DNA from: an uncultured bacterium
GTDB lineage: Bacteria; Patescibacteriota; Microgenomatia; Levybacterales; UBA12049
Reading direction: 5' to 3'
NCBI GenBank assembly: GCA_963826535.1
Contig: CAWGXL010000011.1
Coordinates: 576,809-640,808, forward strand
Length of the DNA stretch: 64,000 bases
Shown in pieces: positions 61,190-64,000 of this stretch. The notes under the pieces were generated by a model. That model worked only from the letters and a program-made list of their open reading frames with translations. It was not told the origin of the DNA and searched no databases. Position numbers and translations under genes: made by a program. Every line of letters begins with the position of its first letter. Position 1 is the stretch's first letter.

Positions 61190-62414
61190 TAAGTGATGAA
61201 TCTTCTAAGCCTCGAAATCTATGCTTGACTCCTGTTGGAATGCGAATAAAATTGCCCGGTCCCAAATTTTTTAGCTTGTTTCCCATTTCAATTCGAATAA
61301 GTCCTTTGGTTATGATGAACATCTCATCTTTTAATTTGTGATAATGAAGACTGGATTGAAATCCTTTTTTTACTGATATAAGTTTGCAGCAATATCTTTC
61401 ATTGTTCTCAAGTAATTTTTCATTTCCCCATACTTTAGGGATTATGTTAACCGTATCGATGTGGCTGTCATTGATTAAATTTGCTTCTAATTCTTTAATT
61501 GTGAGTGTTGCTGTACCGGTTTTTTTAACCACAATACTAGCTGCAAGGTTTGCTAATAGAGTTGATGAATATAAATCTAATTTACAAAGTAATCCTAAAG
61601 TAATAACTGAGATGACAGTATCGCCTGCTCCAGTGACATCATATACTTGCGCAAGGCTAGCCGGCAACTCTTTTGAAGTGCCATTTTTATAGAAAAGTGT
61701 AATTCCTTTGTCGCCTTTTTTCAATAGAATGTTGGTTTTAAAGTAATTTGTTAAATCTTTACCAATTTCATAAATATCTTGTTTTGTACTCATCTCTTTA
61801 GCTTCTTGTAAATTGGGTGTAAGTAAATCAATGCCTTTAAAAAAAACTTTGTTTGCAGGCTTTATATCCGCCGTTATAATTTTTTTGTATTTTTTTGCAT
61901 AGGCTACAATATTTTGTGTCAGATCTTTAGAAAAGAGACCTTTACCATAATCAGAAAGAATAATCCCGTCACAGTTTTGAATGTCTTTATTTATTAGTCT
62001 TAGTAATTGTTTTTCTTCTTGTTGAGAAAAGTTATAAGTATTTTCTGTATCGACTCTTAATAATTGGTGTATTCCCGAAATAAATCTGTGTTTTACGGTT
62101 GTTGGTCTAGATTTTGTCAGTATAAAATTATGAGCGATTTTATTGTCACGAAGTAAATCAACAAGTTTATTTCGGTTCCCGTCTTCACCTATTATGCTGC
62201 ATAATGTAACTTTTGCTCCGAGAGCAACTAAATTATTAGCTACGTTCGCAGCTCCGCCTAGTTTCATTCTTTCATCTATCTTGTTAAGAACAGGTACGGG
62301 TGCTTCGGGGGAGATTCTTGGAACGGTTCCAAATGTGTATTTATCCAGCATTACGTCGCCAATGACGAGGACATGTTTAGTGGCAAATTCTTTCAGTTTA
62401 TTTTTTAAGTTCAT
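61104..62414 (-). CDS. hldA: Fusion of D-glycero-beta-D-manno-heptose-7-phosphate kinase (RfaE/HldE domain I, PfkB family, HldA-like) and a C-terminal type-II phosphomannose-isomerase-like cupin domain
   Basis: HVLVIGDVMLDKY..., ...GAANVANNL and DVTGAGDT (PfkB signature); the C-terminal ~120 aa is KVWGNEKLL...LHYHKLKDEMFIITKGLIRIEMGNKLKNLGPGNFIRIPTGVKHRF...LIEVSTQHLEADTYRIEK, which is the pWG...H.hR.E.w.v..G.a.........g....iP.g..Hr......liEvq.g..l.e.Di.R cupin pattern. Confidence 0.75.
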   Translation of the reverse strand: MNLKNKLKEFATKHVLVIGDVMLDKYTFGTVPRISPEAPVPVLNKIDERMKLGGAANVANNLVALGAKVTLCSIIGEDGNRNKLVDLLRDNKIAHNFILTKSRPTTVKHRFISGIHQLLRVDTENTYNFSQQEEKQLLRLINKDIQNCDGIILSDYGKGLFSKDLTQNIVAYAKKYKKIITADIKPANKVFFKGIDLLTPNLQEAKEMSTKQDIYEIGKDLTNYFKTNILLKKGDKGITLFYKNGTSKELPASLAQVYDVTGAGDTVISVITLGLLCKLDLYSSTLLANLAASIVVKKTGTATLTIKELEANLINDSHIDTVNIIPKVWGNEKLLENNERYCCKLISVKKGFQSSLHYHKLKDEMFIITKGLIRIEMGNKLKNLGPGNFIRIPTGVKHRFRGLEDSSLIEVSTQHLEADTYRIEKSRKVDINELKN

Positions 62415-62448
62415 ATTTATTCGATAAAGTTATTAATATTTATATTTT

Positions 62449-63315
62449 CTAATTTGGTTTGGTGAGCAACGTCTCAAGATTTACTTTTCTCGATCGCGAT
62501 AGATGGTAGGCTTTGCGATAATTAGATCTTTGTATGTCGGCGCGTTTTTTTGTTTTGCTTACGATATTAATTTGTGTATAATACCTCATTATTTTCAATC
62601 TATAGAATATAGCACATGTATCCCATAACATTCTAAATATTATTTTCCAAAAATTTGCATTTTTTATAGTTGATTTCGCTTCATTAAAATTGATTTCTAT
62701 AGGTGCCTCAAAAATTCTGGTATATCCTAAATGGTATGCGACAGCTAAAATCTCAACGTCGAAGGCGTAGCTTTTGACTAAGAGTCTTGATAGAACATCT
62801 TTAATAACTTTTCGGTTAAAAAATTTTATGCCTACTTGTGTATCACGGATTTTGAAGCTAAAAAGTGAGGCTGTCAATATGCGATAACCCCAGGAGAGTG
62901 TTTTTCTCCATTGAGGATAGCCATACACTTTCGATACAGGGTGAAGTTTGGAGCCGACAATTATATCAGCGTTGTACCAGTCCATATGATTTAGGAGCAT
63001 TAAAAGCCCGGAAGGGTGAATATCCATGCCGGCATCAATAAAACCGATTATATTTCCTTTTGCGTGGAGCATTCCGAATCTTACTGCGTGGCCTTTTCCC
63101 TGATTTTTTTCATAAGCGAGCACTTTTATTTTTGGATATTTAATTGGGAGTTGATTCGCGAGACGGCGTATGAGTTTTGTGTTATTTGAACCATCAATAA
63201 CAATTATTATTTCGTATTTACATCCCAGTGTGTCTAAGGATGATTGAATTTTCTTGATATTTTTTGTGATGGTTTTTTCCTGGTTATAGGCAGGTATAAC
63301 TACTGAGAGTAGCAT
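62449..63315 (-). CDS. Family-2 glycosyltransferase of the polyprenyl-phosphate sugar synthase type (DPM1/GtrB-like)
   Basis: LSVVIPAYNQEKTI...IIIVIDGSNNT...KNQGKGHAVRFGM...FIDAGMD. Confidence 0.8.
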   Translation of the reverse strand: MLLSVVIPAYNQEKTITKNIKKIQSSLDTLGCKYEIIIVIDGSNNTKLIRRLANQLPIKYPKIKVLAYEKNQGKGHAVRFGMLHAKGNIIGFIDAGMDIHPSGLLMLLNHMDWYNADIIVGSKLHPVSKVYGYPQWRKTLSWGYRILTASLFSFKIRDTQVGIKFFNRKVIKDVLSRLLVKSYAFDVEILAVAYHLGYTRIFEAPIEINFNEAKSTIKNANFWKIIFRMLWDTCAIFYRLKIMRYYTQINIVSKTKKRADIQRSNYRKAYHLSRSRKVNLETLLTKPN

Positions 63316-63368
63316 AAGAGTAGTATACCACTTTGCGAATTCAACGTGGAATAGTATAGAATTTAGCT

Positions 63369-63644
63369 GTGAGGAGATTAATTAAGAAGCATACTTTTTT
63401 CCATTATCTTGTGACTATTTTAGTTTATTTTTTGAAGGGGATTATTGGTGAAATTATGTGGCTACTTATCGGGCTGGGAGGGTATTTTGTTTTTCAGACT
63501 CAGAGGACGCCATATGATTTGGTTTTTGGTTTGCCTTTGATAGTGATTAGTGTGGGATTTATTTTTAATTGGATTTTGAGCGAGTGGCTTGCGGTTTTTT
63601 CTCCAACTTATAATAGGGAAGTGTGCGTGATTTGTAGGTCATGA
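63369..63644 (+). CDS. Small membrane protein (91 aa, 2-3 TM); possibly a GtrA-like partner of the adjacent GtrB-like GT2
   Basis: Hydrophobic helices FFHYLVTILVYFLKGIIGEIMWLLIGLGGYFVF and LPLIVISVGFIFNWIL. The assignment rests on context only. Confidence 0.3.
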   Translation: MRRLIKKHTFFHYLVTILVYFLKGIIGEIMWLLIGLGGYFVFQTQRTPYDLVFGLPLIVISVGFIFNWILSEWLAVFSPTYNREVCVICRS

Positions 63645-63684
63645 GGCAAAGTACTGGTCTGGTATAATAAGAAAAAAAAGAAGT

Positions 63685-64000
63685 ATGACCTTTTTTGGAA
63701 AATACGAACTCCTGAAAAAATCTATTCCTGTTCCGGCTATGGCGAATGATACACAGTCGGTTGATTGTGATTTTTCAGACTTTATGCTTGCAAGTAAAAA
63801 TTGCTACGATTGTATTGGGGGCTATCTTGAAGACTGCATGTATGTTGATATGGGGGCATTTAATACTAAGATGGCAGATTGTGCCTTTGTTTATCAATCG
63901 GAGAAGTGTTATGAATGTGTTGATTCCAGTAAGTGTCATAGCTGTACATACGTTATGGATTGCATCAATAGTACAGATTGCCACTTTTCTGCTTTATTAA
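63685..64000 (+). CDS. 5' part of a Cys-rich repeat protein that runs off the window end
   Basis: The frame-1 ATG at 63685 is open to the window end (not in the supplied track). The translation MTFFGKYELLKKSIPVPAMANDTQSVDCDFSDFMLASKNCYDCIGGYLEDCMYVDMGAFNTKMADCAFVYQSEKCYECVDSSKCHSCTYVMDCINSTDCHF shows a ~10-residue periodicity of [SD]xxC[YH]xC. The competing frame-2 ORF 63746..64000 looks like hydrophobic noise. Confidence 0.35.
   Translation, partial: MTFFGKYELLKKSIPVPAMANDTQSVDCDFSDFMLASKNCYDCIGGYLEDCMYVDMGAFNTKMADCAFVYQSEKCYECVDSSKCHSCTYVMDCINSTDCHFSALL

Noticed and set aside
1-64000. Search for tRNA, rRNA and CRISPR signatures
   Set aside because: No GTTC(G/A)A(A/T)TC T-loop-like motifs in a tRNA-like context, no rRNA-like conserved blocks, and no regularly spaced direct repeats with unique spacers were seen. 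The repeats present are palindromic dispersed elements and coding tandem repeats.
63746-64000. Frame-2 84-aa ORF and antisense 63775..63984 from the supplied track
   Set aside because: Their translations are hydrophobic noise. The frame-1 reading from 63685, with periodic Cys pairs, is more protein-like, although it too is low confidence.

Overview
This 64-kb, AT-rich window is almost entirely one large surface-glycan / protein-glycosylation locus. The gene content points to a bacterium, possibly a Patescibacteria/CPR-like (Microgenomates-type) genome, but that guess has low confidence. I found no rRNA, tRNA or CRISPR, and GGAGG-type Shine-Dalgarno motifs are essentially absent upstream of starts. 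All calls come from reading motifs in the supplied translations, because no searches could be run. Coding content: (i) a giant 2361-aa chimeric protein at 2080..9165, with duplicated transposase-like HTH modules, a processive GT2 synthase (QxxRW), DUF2341 plus LamG, an Asp-box-like segment, seven Cys-rich tandem repeats and a C-terminal tripartite tail; (ii) two secreted beta-propeller proteins (PD40-like and BNR/Asp-box); (iii) a RelE/ParE-DinJ toxin-antitoxin pair flanked by ~105-bp direct repeats; (iv) a 196-aa polytopic protein with an exosortase/archaeosortase-like Cys...N-x-x-R signature; (v) at least five paralogous 700-965-aa polytopic membrane proteins (YfhO-like, putative GT-C), a GT39/83-like protein, four GT2s, four GT4s and a double-GT4 that appears frameshifted; (vi) about ten SAM-dependent methyltransferases, including two zinc-ribbon sugar C-methyltransferase-like paralogs, two FkbM-type and one CmcI-type; (vii) a Wzx-like flippase, an NAD-dependent epimerase/dehydratase and a Gfo/Idh/MocA oxidoreductase; (viii) a compact ADP-heptose operon with unusual fusions: heptose-7-P kinase plus a PMI-type cupin, heptose-1-P adenylyltransferase plus GmhB, and a GT9 heptosyltransferase plus GT4, with no SIS-type GmhA. 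The most unusual signals are: (a) a modular family of short palindromic elements (core CTGGATTCC-[variable hairpin]-GGAATGAC, plus CCCTCTTTAATAAAGAGGG-type modules) present at least ten times, several inserted in-frame inside CDSs or forming CDS C-termini, reminiscent of Rickettsia palindromic elements; (b) a shared C-terminal cassette EFAPLP(D/E)(F/Y)SL-TM-RRRR on the giant protein and on an orphan 71-aa ORF, about 5 kb from the exosortase-like gene, suggesting an undescribed sorting system; (c) insertions at gene 3' ends accompanied by duplication of the 3' coding segment.
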